Positions 9,503 to 18,151 of a stretch of 55,220 nt of DNA are shown piece after piece; the stretch's first letter is position 1, and each line of letters begins with the position of its first letter. A program made the position numbers and the translations under genes. The notes under the pieces were generated by a model, which saw nothing but the letters and a program-made list of their open reading frames with translations, searched no databases and was not told where the DNA came from. This stretch comes from Dysgonamonadaceae bacterium (GTDB lineage Bacteria; Bacteroidota; Bacteroidia; Bacteroidales; Dysgonomonadaceae), in NCBI GenBank assembly GCA_029264035.1, contig JARICS010000076.1:1-55220 (forward strand). The letters are read 5' to 3'.

Positions 9503-10240
9503 TGTTTGAGTTCACCATTTATATACGGCAATCAAACACCTCCTTTTATCCAGTGTGATAATTATACGAATGTGAAAAGCTATATATTGTTTCAAATCCT
9601 AAATAAATGTTTAGTTTATGTAGTATCTATTTGGCAATCGATTGAGATATCTTTTTCAAAACAGTTTGCATTACTACAAAATGATTAAAACAGTTGAAAC
9701 TTGCATCCATCACGGGGGAAATGTTTGAAAACACTTTATTTTCGTTTTGTTGCTCTAATTTGCTCCATTCATACCTTAAAAACCCAATTTCCGATGTAGA
9801 ATTCTCTTTTTATAAGTTGATTTTTCAATCTTAGGCTGATTTTTTTTTAATCATGCCATTTTCACTTCATATTTGCAGAAAAAAGCACCCTATTATCGAT
9901 TCAAAATATTTCCACGGCCGTGGATTCAATTTTCATGGCATAAACGTTCAATCCACGACGGGGAATTTGAAATCCACCTGTTTTATGCCGCATCTTTGAT
10001 TGAATTGTAAAAAACAACGCTGTTTTATTTACAAGTTGACACTTGTGAAATTGTGAGAATAATGCAAGTGTCAGATAAAACTCCTCATTAGGAACAAAAA
10101 CACAATTTATCTAGCAGATTAGAGGTTCAATTTTTTTGCAAATCTGTAAAATAGCTCATGATTGCAGTCTGTGAGTAGTTGTTTTGTTAGCAACCTTTAA
10201 CACGGATCCTGTTCTTGTATTTATCTCCATACTCACAGAA
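9503..10240 (+). repeat. ORF-less ~0.74-kb element, copy 1 (paralog of rc 46140-46878)
   Basis: By-eye colinear alignment to the reverse complement of copy 2 over the full length, with near-identical islands at 9815-9845 and 9923-9961. Confidence 0.8.
9911..9924. other. perfect 14-bp palindrome TCCACGGCCGTGGA inside copy 1
   Basis: Read directly from the sequence. The homologous position in copy 2 is TCTACGGTCGTGGA (46456-46469). Confidence 0.8.
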
Positions 10241-10301
10241 AAATGCAATTTGAATCTAATCTAGAGGAGATATTGATCACTCCTATTATTATAGGGAGAA
10301 C

Positions 10302-10376
10302 GGATTACTAAAACACATTCTTGCCGATTTAGATGAGTACTACCAAGCAGTAATGCAACAAGGATTGCTTAAATGA
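10302..10376 (+). pseudogene. displaced, diverged 3' fragment of a paralog of the 8810-9439 gene
   Basis: Translates as GLLKHILADLDEYYQAVMQQGLLK*, against ...DIPDDLDEYYKAVKQQGLLK* at the end of the intact gene. DNA similarity may extend back to ~10240. There is no start codon and an in-frame TAA lies at 10257. Confidence 0.5.
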
Positions 10377-10386
10377 TTGAAAAAAA

Positions 10387-10409
10387 CAGACTGAAAGGTC
10401 TGCTTTTTT
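10387..10409 (+). terminator. rho-independent terminator (diverged duplicate of the 9464-9487 terminator)
   Basis: CAGAC tgaaag GTCTG followed by a T-run, in the same position relative to the QQGLLK stop as the first terminator. Confidence 0.7.
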
Positions 10410-10442
10410 CGTTTTGGGGTTGCTTATAAAGGTGATAAACCT

Positions 10443-10450
10443 TAAATTTG
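10443..10450 (+). promoter_or_regulatory. -7 promoter box TAAATTTG
   Basis: TAnnTTTG about 25 nt upstream of the ATG at 10475. Confidence 0.45.
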
Positions 10451-10474
10451 ATTTTCACAATAAAAACAATATTC

Positions 10475-11197
10475 ATGAAAACTAAACTAACACTTCTATT
10501 CATCTGCATCGTATCGTTTGCTCACGCACAATACGATGATTACTATTATACTGTAGATCAACCCATGTTTGGAATGGGCGTTGGCTACAACTTTGTGTCG
10601 ATGGTGGGCAACGATGTGCGCCCTGTTGAGGTTTCGTTCCGATATCGCATCAATAGTAATAATATGTTGCAACTGTATGTGCCGTTTTTGCATCAAAATG
10701 ATGATTTCACTTCACAAGGTCATCCAAATATTGAGCTTGTGAATACTTCGCTCGACAGTAAGAAGCGTTTGTATGGCATAGGTTTGGACTATGATTATGT
10801 GTTGCAGACATTTTCGGCGCTCGATTTTGTTATTGGCTTGAGGGCGGAGTATCAGCTCTATAAATACACAACCAATTTGACCAACAACTACATGAAAGCG
10901 ACTGAGGGATTGACCAATACTTATAATGCTACCGACATGACTTCTATGTACAAAAAGACGCGCAACTATATTATTAGCCCTAATGTTGGGATGAGGCTGT
11001 ACTTCAATAAGTTTGCCATAGATGCTAAGTTCCTGCTCTCTATGATATCTATGCGGGGTGATGTTGATCACAGCATTGAGACAAAAAAGAATCTTCCATC
11101 CAACATTGTGTCGACTACAGAAGAGTGGACCGATGAAATTTCTAACAAATTTAAGCTGAAACCAGCTGTGATAATGTCGATGTCGTACTTTTTTTAA
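10475..11197 (+). CDS. hypothetical outer-membrane beta-barrel protein
   Basis: Signal peptide MKTKLTLLFICIVSFAHAQ, alternating aromatic/polar beta-strand pattern and a C-terminal ...MSYFF. The start was moved from the ORF-track TTG (10448) to the ATG. Confidence 0.55.
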   Translation: MKTKLTLLFICIVSFAHAQYDDYYYTVDQPMFGMGVGYNFVSMVGNDVRPVEVSFRYRINSNNMLQLYVPFLHQNDDFTSQGHPNIELVNTSLDSKKRLYGIGLDYDYVLQTFSALDFVIGLRAEYQLYKYTTNLTNNYMKATEGLTNTYNATDMTSMYKKTRNYIISPNVGMRLYFNKFAIDAKFLLSMISMRGDVDHSIETKKNLPSNIVSTTEEWTDEISNKFKLKPAVIMSMSYFF

Positions 11198-11310
11198 TAG
11201 ATAAAATCTCCTTTGCGAAATAGATAAGAGCCTCTACATTTGTTGTAAGGGTTTTTCTATGATATAAATGAGCATTTTGATTGCAAAAACTATATTCGAT
11301 AACTTATTTG

Positions 11311-11318
11311 TATATTTG
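11311..11318 (+). promoter_or_regulatory. -7 promoter box TATATTTG
   Basis: TAnnTTTG about 35 nt upstream of the rlmD ATG. Confidence 0.45.
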
Positions 11319-11352
11319 CATTCTGAGAAAAAACTAACAGCAATAAAAACAA

Positions 11353-12762
11353 ATGGCAAAGAAAAGACGTGAACTCCCATTCCACGAAGGGGTAGAGATA
11401 GTAGATGTGGCTGCAGAAGGCAAATCAATAGCAAAAGTAGATGGGCTCATCGTGTTTGTGCCTTTTGCCATTCCGGGTGATGTGGTAGATATTCAAACAT
11501 ACCGCAAGCGCAAGGGATTTGCAGAGGGACGTGTGATGCGTTTTGTCGAATATTCGGCCGATAGGGTAGAGCCTGTTTGCGAACATTTTGGTGTTTGTGG
11601 TGGATGCAAGTGGCAAATGTTGCCCTACGAACTGCAACTACAACATAAGCACAAGCAAGTAGTAGACAACCTTACAAGAATTGGCAAAGTAGATTTGCCA
11701 GAGATTTCACCTATTCTGGGAGCTCCCGAAACAACGTTTTATCGCAACAAGTTGGAGTTTACATTCTCCAACAAGCGTTGGCTCACAGAAAAGGAAATAG
11801 GTAGCGAAAGAGAATTCACTCAAATGAACGCTCTGGGCTTTCATATTCCTAAAATGTTCGACAAGGTATTAGACATAAAGAAATGTTGGTTGCAAACCGA
11901 TGTTTCAAACCAAATAAGAAACTCTATACGCGAATTTTGTTTTCAACACGATTTCACTTTCTTCGATCTGCGTGAGCAAGTTGGCCTGATGCGTACTTTG
12001 ATTATCCGCACCACAAGCACCGGTGAGCTCATGGTGATTGTGGTCTTCGCTGAAGATGATGAGGAGAAACGCGAAATGATGATGAAACATCTTGCAGATA
12101 CGTTCCCTCAAGTTACCTCATTGCTTTACATCATTAATAGTAAGCGAAACGACACCATTACAGATCAAGAAGTAATAACTTGGAAGGGCAACGATTGTAT
12201 TTATGAAGAGATGGAGGGATTGAAATTCAAAATTGGTCCTAAATCTTTCTATCAAACCAATAGTAAGCAAGCATATAACCTCTATAAAGTAACACGCGAG
12301 TTTGCGCAACTCTCTGAAACCGATTTGGTGTATGATTTATATACAGGAACGGGCACAATAGCCAACTTCGTGGCTCGAAATGTAGCCAAAGTGGTGGGAA
12401 TAGAGTATGTGGAAGAGGCCATTGAAGATGCCAGAGTTAACTCTGCAGCGAATGGCATAGAAAACACCCTGTTTTTTGCTGGCGACATGAAAGATATTTT
12501 GAATCAAGAGTTCATCCTTGAGCATGGTCGTCCCGATGTGTTGATAACCGATCCACCTAGAGCTGGTATGCACACTGATGTGGTAGATGCTATATTATTT
12601 GCCAATCCCAAACGCATTGTATATGTAAGTTGCAATCCTGCCACACAAGCGCGCGACCTCAATTTGTTGGACGTTAACTACGCAGTAACACGTGTGCAAC
12701 CTGTAGATATGTTCCCACATACACATCATGTGGAGAATGTGGTGTTGTTGGAGCGCAGGTAG
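11353..12762 (+). CDS. rlmD: 23S rRNA (uracil-C5)-methyltransferase RlmD/RumA
   Basis: 469 aa. TRAM domain, Fe-S Cys cluster CEHFGVCGGCKWQ, SAM-methyltransferase motifs DPPRAG and VSCNPAT. Confidence 0.9.
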   Translation: MAKKRRELPFHEGVEIVDVAAEGKSIAKVDGLIVFVPFAIPGDVVDIQTYRKRKGFAEGRVMRFVEYSADRVEPVCEHFGVCGGCKWQMLPYELQLQHKHKQVVDNLTRIGKVDLPEISPILGAPETTFYRNKLEFTFSNKRWLTEKEIGSEREFTQMNALGFHIPKMFDKVLDIKKCWLQTDVSNQIRNSIREFCFQHDFTFFDLREQVGLMRTLIIRTTSTGELMVIVVFAEDDEEKREMMMKHLADTFPQVTSLLYIINSKRNDTITDQEVITWKGNDCIYEEMEGLKFKIGPKSFYQTNSKQAYNLYKVTREFAQLSETDLVYDLYTGTGTIANFVARNVAKVVGIEYVEEAIEDARVNSAANGIENTLFFAGDMKDILNQEFILEHGRPDVLITDPPRAGMHTDVVDAILFANPKRIVYVSCNPATQARDLNLLDVNYAVTRVQPVDMFPHTHHVENVVLLERR

Positions 12763-12820
12763 AAACAATGCTTATTAAATTGATTTGTAATTATTAAGCA
12801 TACACTTTACAAAGCAAAAA

Positions 12821-12848
12821 GCAATCCATATAATGGGTTGCTTTTTTG
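12821..12848 (+). terminator. rho-independent terminator after rlmD
   Basis: GCAATCCA tataa TGGGTTGC followed by TTTTTT. Confidence 0.65.
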
Positions 12849-13062
12849 GTTGAATACAATATGTGTTTCTGTTATTGTATCAATTGGAGGGCAAAAACAA
12901 GTGTTTTTGCACATGTGAAATAAAAGGATGGTTAAAAATCTTTCTGTTGTCGACATTGAAGATTAGGGTATTTAGTAGTTCTATTTATATATTATACTTG
13001 TTGCTCTTTATTGTTGAAAGCCTCTTGCTGTAAGGGAGTTTGATGATGATGTGAGTAAATAT

Positions 13063-13099
13063 AAAAAAACAGAGATGCAACAATATGCGTCTCTGTTTT
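13063..13099 (-). terminator. terminator after the TraB/GumN gene (A-run/T-run flanked, possibly bidirectional)
   Basis: CAGAGATGC ... GCGTCTCTG stem flanked by AAAAAAA on the + strand, which is a T-run on the - strand. Confidence 0.6.
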
Positions 13100-13147
13100 A
13101 ACTCGCTTGCATGTTTTTGCAAAGCGAAATATTTTCAATTGAAGCAA

Positions 13148-14050
13148 TTATTTCACTACCTCTACTTTATATCCTTCTTTCTGCAATCTGTTGATCAGGC
13201 CATCATCGCCTACTAAGTGCAAGCATCCCACGGCAATAAATGATGGTTTTTTGCTCATCATCTCTGGCAATATGTCCATCCACTTCTCATTTCTTTTTTT
13301 ATTTAGCTCATCCTTTTCCTCTTCGGTGCTCGGGCAGGGGTTGTTGGGATCTTCTTCTTCATAGAGTTTGGCCATGGCTGTCAAATCTTGCGCATAGTAG
13401 GCTGTCATCAATCTGTCCATCTGTTTTTTACCATAGTCCATGTTCTTGATGGTACATAGCAACGATTCGGCTTGACGCTGAATGGGTTGCGATCCAAACA
13501 ATACATCTATTTGGTCTTGCACAGTTTCCAATCCTTGTGTTTGGCGGTATCTATCGCGCGCCTCCTTTTGGAAATGTTCGTCCATGCTCAAACCCTCTTC
13601 ATCTGAAGGATAAAGCTTCTTGTACATCATCACTGTCAATAGCGTGTTTAGCATAGCAGGCTTCATTTGTCCAAATTGGTTAAGTCCTGCACCTACGTAT
13701 TCTTTTAGTGTTTCGTCTAATAACTTGTAGTCTTCCTCGTTCAACAAGTTATCATAGCTCTCTCCATCGGGCATCAATGAGGCCATCATCAGTTGCATTT
13801 GCATTTCGCCCATGTTGTTCATGTCTAATTCTCCAATAGTTTGCTCTGTTGCCATAAAAGCCTCGTCAAGCCCATCAATGCTGTCTAAGAATGACAGCGG
13901 TACCAAGTGGTGTGTGCCATAGAGATAGGAGGGCTTTTCAAGATTGTTGCCCGATATCTTCCATAGCAGACCAGTTTGTTGTTTAGGTTTTGCACACGAG
14001 GTCAAGCTTATGCTCAACAGCAGTAGAAAAGTAAGTGTTTTGTGTAACAT
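13148..14050 (-). CDS. TraB/GumN family lipoprotein
   Basis: 300 aa with a lipoprotein signal (LTSC), a YLYGTHH motif and a C-terminal FIAVGCLHLVG motif typical of TraB/GumN. Confidence 0.7.
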   Translation of the reverse strand: MLHKTLTFLLLLSISLTSCAKPKQQTGLLWKISGNNLEKPSYLYGTHHLVPLSFLDSIDGLDEAFMATEQTIGELDMNNMGEMQMQLMMASLMPDGESYDNLLNEEDYKLLDETLKEYVGAGLNQFGQMKPAMLNTLLTVMMYKKLYPSDEEGLSMDEHFQKEARDRYRQTQGLETVQDQIDVLFGSQPIQRQAESLLCTIKNMDYGKKQMDRLMTAYYAQDLTAMAKLYEEEDPNNPCPSTEEEKDELNKKRNEKWMDILPEMMSKKPSFIAVGCLHLVGDDGLINRLQKEGYKVEVVK

Positions 14051-14056
14051 GTTTTA

Positions 14057-14353
14057 TTATTTAGTTTGTAAAATAGGTATTTTATTCTCGTTGCCAATTC
14101 CAATCCAATCGAAAACAATAAAGAAGATTGTAAATGATGGAATGATATCTGTGAATGGCAATAGCTCTTCGGCAAATGTGCTGACGGCGGTAAATTTACC
14201 TCGCTTCTCTCCAAACATTTTATAACTAATGATAGCAGCGATGGGAGCCCAAATTATGTCGGAGAACTCCCCGATAAAGGGAATTGCAAAGCTGAAATAT
14301 CCCACTACATCAAGCATCAAGCATAGTATGAGTTTCTTTATTTTGTAATTCAT
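14057..14353 (-). CDS. small membrane protein of unknown function
   Basis: 98 aa with 2-3 predicted TM helices. Its stop is 6 nt upstream of the TraB/GumN start, so the two are probably an operon. Confidence 0.5.
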   Translation of the reverse strand: MNYKIKKLILCLMLDVVGYFSFAIPFIGEFSDIIWAPIAAIISYKMFGEKRGKFTAVSTFAEELLPFTDIIPSFTIFFIVFDWIGIGNENKIPILQTK

Positions 14354-14496
14354 TGCTCTTAGTCTTATTACATCACAATTGCATTATCTCCTCAATCACT
14401 ATGTATGGTGAGGGGTTGGTTGTGCAAATATAGCACATTGGATTTACATATGTGTCAAAGGTTTAGCCTATACGCCTCTTTTTCTCATATTAATAA

Positions 14497-14529
14497 AGAG
14501 AAAAGGACTGTTCCTATGAGGACAGCCCT
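14497..14529 (-). terminator. rho-independent terminator after ferritin
   Basis: On the minus strand: GGCTGTCCT cat AGGAACAGTCC followed by TTTTCTCTTT. Confidence 0.6.
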
Positions 14530-14558
14530 TTATCAAAATTTGGTCTTTGGTGTGCAGT

Positions 14559-15074
14559 TTATGTTGCTGAAGCTGGGTCAGACTCCAGTGTGCGTTGTCC
14601 CAACTCTTTGTCTAACATGTAGATAGCATGGCCTTGATTGCCAATAAGATTAAGTGCATCTATAATTCCTTGCACAGACTCTTCCTCTTCCACTTGTTCG
14701 CTCACAAACCACTGCAATACATTGTCAGTAGCATAGTCTTTCTCTTCACGTGCAATGGCTACTAAGTTGTTGATATTGGCTGTCACAACTTTTTCGTGTG
14801 CCAATGAATCTTCAAATGCCGATAGAGCAGATTCCCAGCTAGTTGCTACTTTGTCTATTGGTTTTAGTTCCACTTTGCTTCCTTTTGCAACCATGTAGTT
14901 CATAAACTTCATAGCGTGTTGTTGTTCTTCTTCAAATTGTTTTTCAAACCAATTGGCAAATCCTGGCAATCCCTTGGTAGAGAAGTGTGTTGACATAGAT
15001 AAGTAAAGATATGCTGACCATAGCTCTACATTAATTTGTTTGTTGATAGCGTCTTCTAGTTTTTTGCTTAGCAT
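14559..15074 (-). CDS. ftnA: non-heme ferritin
   Basis: 171-aa four-helix ferritin signature (ELWSAYLYLSMS, EEQQHAMKF). Confidence 0.9.
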   Translation of the reverse strand: MLSKKLEDAINKQINVELWSAYLYLSMSTHFSTKGLPGFANWFEKQFEEEQQHAMKFMNYMVAKGSKVELKPIDKVATSWESALSAFEDSLAHEKVVTANINNLVAIAREEKDYATDNVLQWFVSEQVEEEESVQGIIDALNLIGNQGHAIYMLDKELGQRTLESDPASAT

Positions 15075-15302
15075 AAATGTGTGTGTTGTTAAATATGATT
15101 TCTGTTTTTTACTCTTACTCTAAGTTATACATTCGTTTACAGAGAGCATAGTTTGTTTAAAACAACACATAACTCTTTTTATTGTTTTTGAAATTTCATG
15201 CTCTTAGTTATTATTAGATAGATACAGCCTCTTTTTATAATATGATTACATAAAAAAGGACCGAAATGATAGGATAAAATTCTTATAGATGAAAATAATA
15301 AC

Positions 15303-15310
15303 TAAATTTG
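15303..15310 (+). promoter_or_regulatory. -7 promoter box TAAATTTG for the rseC-rnf operon
   Basis: TAnnTTTG about 63 nt upstream of 15373. Confidence 0.45.
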
Positions 15311-15372
15311 TGGCTAAATATAAATAGAGATAGTTTATAAAACATCCAATTATAAACACTTCAGATATAGAT

Positions 15373-15783
15373 ATGATTGAACACGAAGGGACCATAGATA
15401 ATATAAACGGCAATCAGTATACCATACGCATCACGCAAACCACAGCTTGTAGTGAGTGTCATGCCAAGGGCGCATGTATGGCTGCCGATACCAAAGTGAA
15501 AATGGTAGACGTGGTTGATACTTCTGGTCAGTTCAAACTGAATGAGCGAGTTTTGCTTTCTGGCAAAACCTCCATTGGTTATAAAGCCATTTTGTGGGCA
15601 TTTGTGCTTCCATTGATTCTTATGATGAGTGTCATTTTTGCATCTATATCTATTTGGCATGTGGGTGAGCTTCAGGCCGCTTTAATGGCTCTTGTAGCTC
15701 TTGTTCCCTATTATGGTTTTCTTTATTTAGTACGTCGCAAGATGGGTGAAAAACTAGCATTTTCAATTAAAAAACTAAACTAA
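15373..15783 (+). CDS. rseC: RseC/MucC (SoxR-reducing system) family protein, first gene of the rnf operon
   Basis: 136 aa with an N-terminal CSECHAKGAC motif and two C-terminal TM helices. It sits directly upstream of rnfB. Confidence 0.75.
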   Translation: MIEHEGTIDNINGNQYTIRITQTTACSECHAKGACMAADTKVKMVDVVDTSGQFKLNERVLLSGKTSIGYKAILWAFVLPLILMMSVIFASISIWHVGELQAALMALVALVPYYGFLYLVRRKMGEKLAFSIKKLN

Positions 15784-15792
15784 CTATTAGGT

Positions 15793-16656
15793 ATGAATAT
15801 GATGTTAATGGCGGTAGGTATATTAGGTGCTGTTGGCGCCGGTGGAGCTACCATATTATATTTCATTGGTCAGAAATTTAAAGTTGACGAAGATCCTCGC
15901 ATAGAGCCAGTACAGGATGTTTTGCCAGGTGTCAATTGTGGTGCATGCGGTTTTCCTGGTTGCAATGCTTTTGCTATTGCATGTGTTGAGGCGGATGAGC
16001 TTGATGATCTTAACTGTCCTGTGGGCGGAGCCGAAACAATGGCGAGCGTAGCTTCTCTTTTAGGAAAAACTGCATCAAAAGCAGCTAAAAAGATTGCTGT
16101 AGTTCGATGTAATGGAACCTGTGATAATCGTCCACGCAAAAACGAATATGATGGGGCAACAAGCTGTGCAATAGCTGCACAATTGTATGGTGGCGATACT
16201 GATTGCTCGTTTGGCTGTTACGGTTTGGGAGATTGCGAAGCGGTGTGTCCGTTTGATGCAATTCATGTGAATCCTGTAACTCTTATTCCTGAAGTGGACG
16301 AGGAGAAATGTACCGCGTGCAACAAGTGCGTTGTGGCTTGTCCTAAAAATATTATTGAGTTGCGTAAACAGGGGCCTAAATCACGTCGTATATTTGTGAG
16401 CTGCATGAACCAAGATAAAGGAGCACCAGCAAAGAAATCGTGTGATGTGGCTTGTATTGCATGCGGTAAGTGTGTAAAAGCTTGTCCGTTTGAGGCCATT
16501 ACAATTACAAACAATCTGGCGTATATTGATGATGATAAGTGTAGGCTGTGTCGCAAGTGTGTTCCAGTTTGTCCTACAGGATCAATATGGGAACTTAACT
16601 TCCCTCCACCTCGCAAGAAAGAGCCTGAGGCAGAAGCTACTACAGTTGATGCTTAG
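15793..16656 (+). CDS. rnfB: Rnf electron transport complex subunit B (polyferredoxin)
   Basis: 287 aa with an N-terminal TM helix and multiple CxxCxxCxxxCP 4Fe-4S motifs. Confidence 0.9.
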   Translation: MNMMLMAVGILGAVGAGGATILYFIGQKFKVDEDPRIEPVQDVLPGVNCGACGFPGCNAFAIACVEADELDDLNCPVGGAETMASVASLLGKTASKAAKKIAVVRCNGTCDNRPRKNEYDGATSCAIAAQLYGGDTDCSFGCYGLGDCEAVCPFDAIHVNPVTLIPEVDEEKCTACNKCVVACPKNIIELRKQGPKSRRIFVSCMNQDKGAPAKKSCDVACIACGKCVKACPFEAITITNNLAYIDDDKCRLCRKCVPVCPTGSIWELNFPPPRKKEPEAEATTVDA

Positions 16657-16763
16657 CTCATAGAAGAAATTAAAGAATAACGAGTTTAACTAAATAAGGA
16701 GTAATTGATTCATTCCAGCTTGGAAAACTAAACATTCCAAAGCCGATTGATATATTATATTGT

Positions 16764-18095
16764 ATGTTAAAAACATTTCGAATTGGTGGTATTCACCCAA
16801 AAGAAAATAAATTTTCTGCAGGAAAATCTATAGAGTCGATAGCAATTCCCACTGAGGTAATTGTTCCATTGGCACAGCATATTGGTGCACCTTGTCAGCC
16901 CGTTGTGAAGAGAGGCGATGAGGTGAAAGTGGGCACATTGTTGGGCAAGAGCGTAGGCTTTGTATCTGCCAATATCCACTCTCCAGTTTCGGGTAAGGTG
17001 AAAAAAATTGACAAAGCGCTTGATGCAAGTGGTTATAAACGTGAAGCAATCTTTATAGATGTAGAGGGCGATGAGTGGGAAGAAACCATAGACAGAACAG
17101 ACACCCTTGTGCGTGAATGCAATTTAAGTACAAAAGAAATTATTGAAAAAATTGCATCAGCTGGTATAGTTGGTATGGGAGGAGCTACGTTTCCGACCCA
17201 CGTGAAACTAACACCTCCTCCAGGAACTAAAGCTGAGGTGCTTATAATAAATGGTGTAGAGTGCGAACCTTATCTCACAGCCGATCATATGCTGATGATG
17301 CAGAAAACTGAAGAAATTCTTGTTGGTACGCAATTGCTCATGAAAACAGTCAATGTTAATAGAGCAGTTATTGGTATCGAAAACAATAAGCCCGATGCAA
17401 TACAGAAATTCACACAAGCAGCAAAGTCTTATCCTGGAATAGAAGTGCAGGCTTTAAAAGTGCAATATCCACAAGGTGGAGAGAAGCAACTGATAGATGC
17501 TGTGATGCGCAGACAAATTGCAAGTGGAGCACTTCCTATATCCGTAGGGGCAATTGTGCAGAACGTAGGTACAGCCTTTGCAGTGTATGAAGCCGTGCAA
17601 AAGAATAAGCCTTTGGTGGAGCGAGTTGTAACAGTTACAGGGAAAGACGTAACAAATCCCTGCAACGTATTGTCACGTATTGGAGTTCCACTGAGAGACC
17701 TCATTGACTTTGCCGGAGGGCTGCCTGAAAATACTGGTAAGGTCATAAGTGGTGGGCCAATGATGGGCAAAGCTGTTGCAAGTATTGATATACCTGTAAC
17801 AAAAGGCACATCGGGCGTTCTGATAATAGCTACTCTTGAGGCACGCCGCAAACAGATGAAAGACTGCATTAGGTGTGCTAAGTGTGTGAGCATTTGCCCT
17901 ATGGGACTCAATCCGACAACTTTGATGACTCTCACCGAATATGAGGTGTGGGACAAAGCCGAAAAGGAAAAGATAACTGATTGCATTGAGTGTGGTTCGT
18001 GTAGCTTTATATGTCCTTCCGATAGGCCGTTGCTTGACTATATTCGTTTAGGAAAAGGCAAGGTGATGGGGATCATGCGTGCAAGAAAAAACTAA
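16764..18095 (+). CDS. rnfC: Rnf complex subunit C
   Basis: 443 aa with an MLKTFRIGGIHP start, an NADH/FMN-binding region and two 4Fe-4S motifs near the C terminus. Confidence 0.92.
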   Translation: MLKTFRIGGIHPKENKFSAGKSIESIAIPTEVIVPLAQHIGAPCQPVVKRGDEVKVGTLLGKSVGFVSANIHSPVSGKVKKIDKALDASGYKREAIFIDVEGDEWEETIDRTDTLVRECNLSTKEIIEKIASAGIVGMGGATFPTHVKLTPPPGTKAEVLIINGVECEPYLTADHMLMMQKTEEILVGTQLLMKTVNVNRAVIGIENNKPDAIQKFTQAAKSYPGIEVQALKVQYPQGGEKQLIDAVMRRQIASGALPISVGAIVQNVGTAFAVYEAVQKNKPLVERVVTVTGKDVTNPCNVLSRIGVPLRDLIDFAGGLPENTGKVISGGPMMGKAVASIDIPVTKGTSGVLIIATLEARRKQMKDCIRCAKCVSICPMGLNPTTLMTLTEYEVWDKAEKEKITDCIECGSCSFICPSDRPLLDYIRLGKGKVMGIMRARKN

Positions 18096-18151
18096 TAAAA
18101 TAATTAATACAAACTTCAAAATATTGAATCCTGCAAAAAAGGATTTAGACT

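Noticed and set aside
9506-9688. ORFs inside the elements (60 aa at 9506-9688, TTG start; 126 aa at 46381-46761).
   Set aside because: Neither is open in the homologous position of the other copy. The products are low-complexity F/S/I/K-rich sequences typical of AT-rich noncoding DNA.
9440-10474. Known housekeeping RNAs (tmRNA, RNase P RNA, 6S, SRP RNA) as the explanation for the long ORF-free gaps.
   Set aside because: None of the hallmark sequences I can recall is present (RNase P GAGGAAAGUCC, the tmRNA tRNA-like end with tag ORF, the SRP GGAA tetraloop helix). Housekeeping RNAs would also not be expected as two diverged 0.74-kb paralogs.
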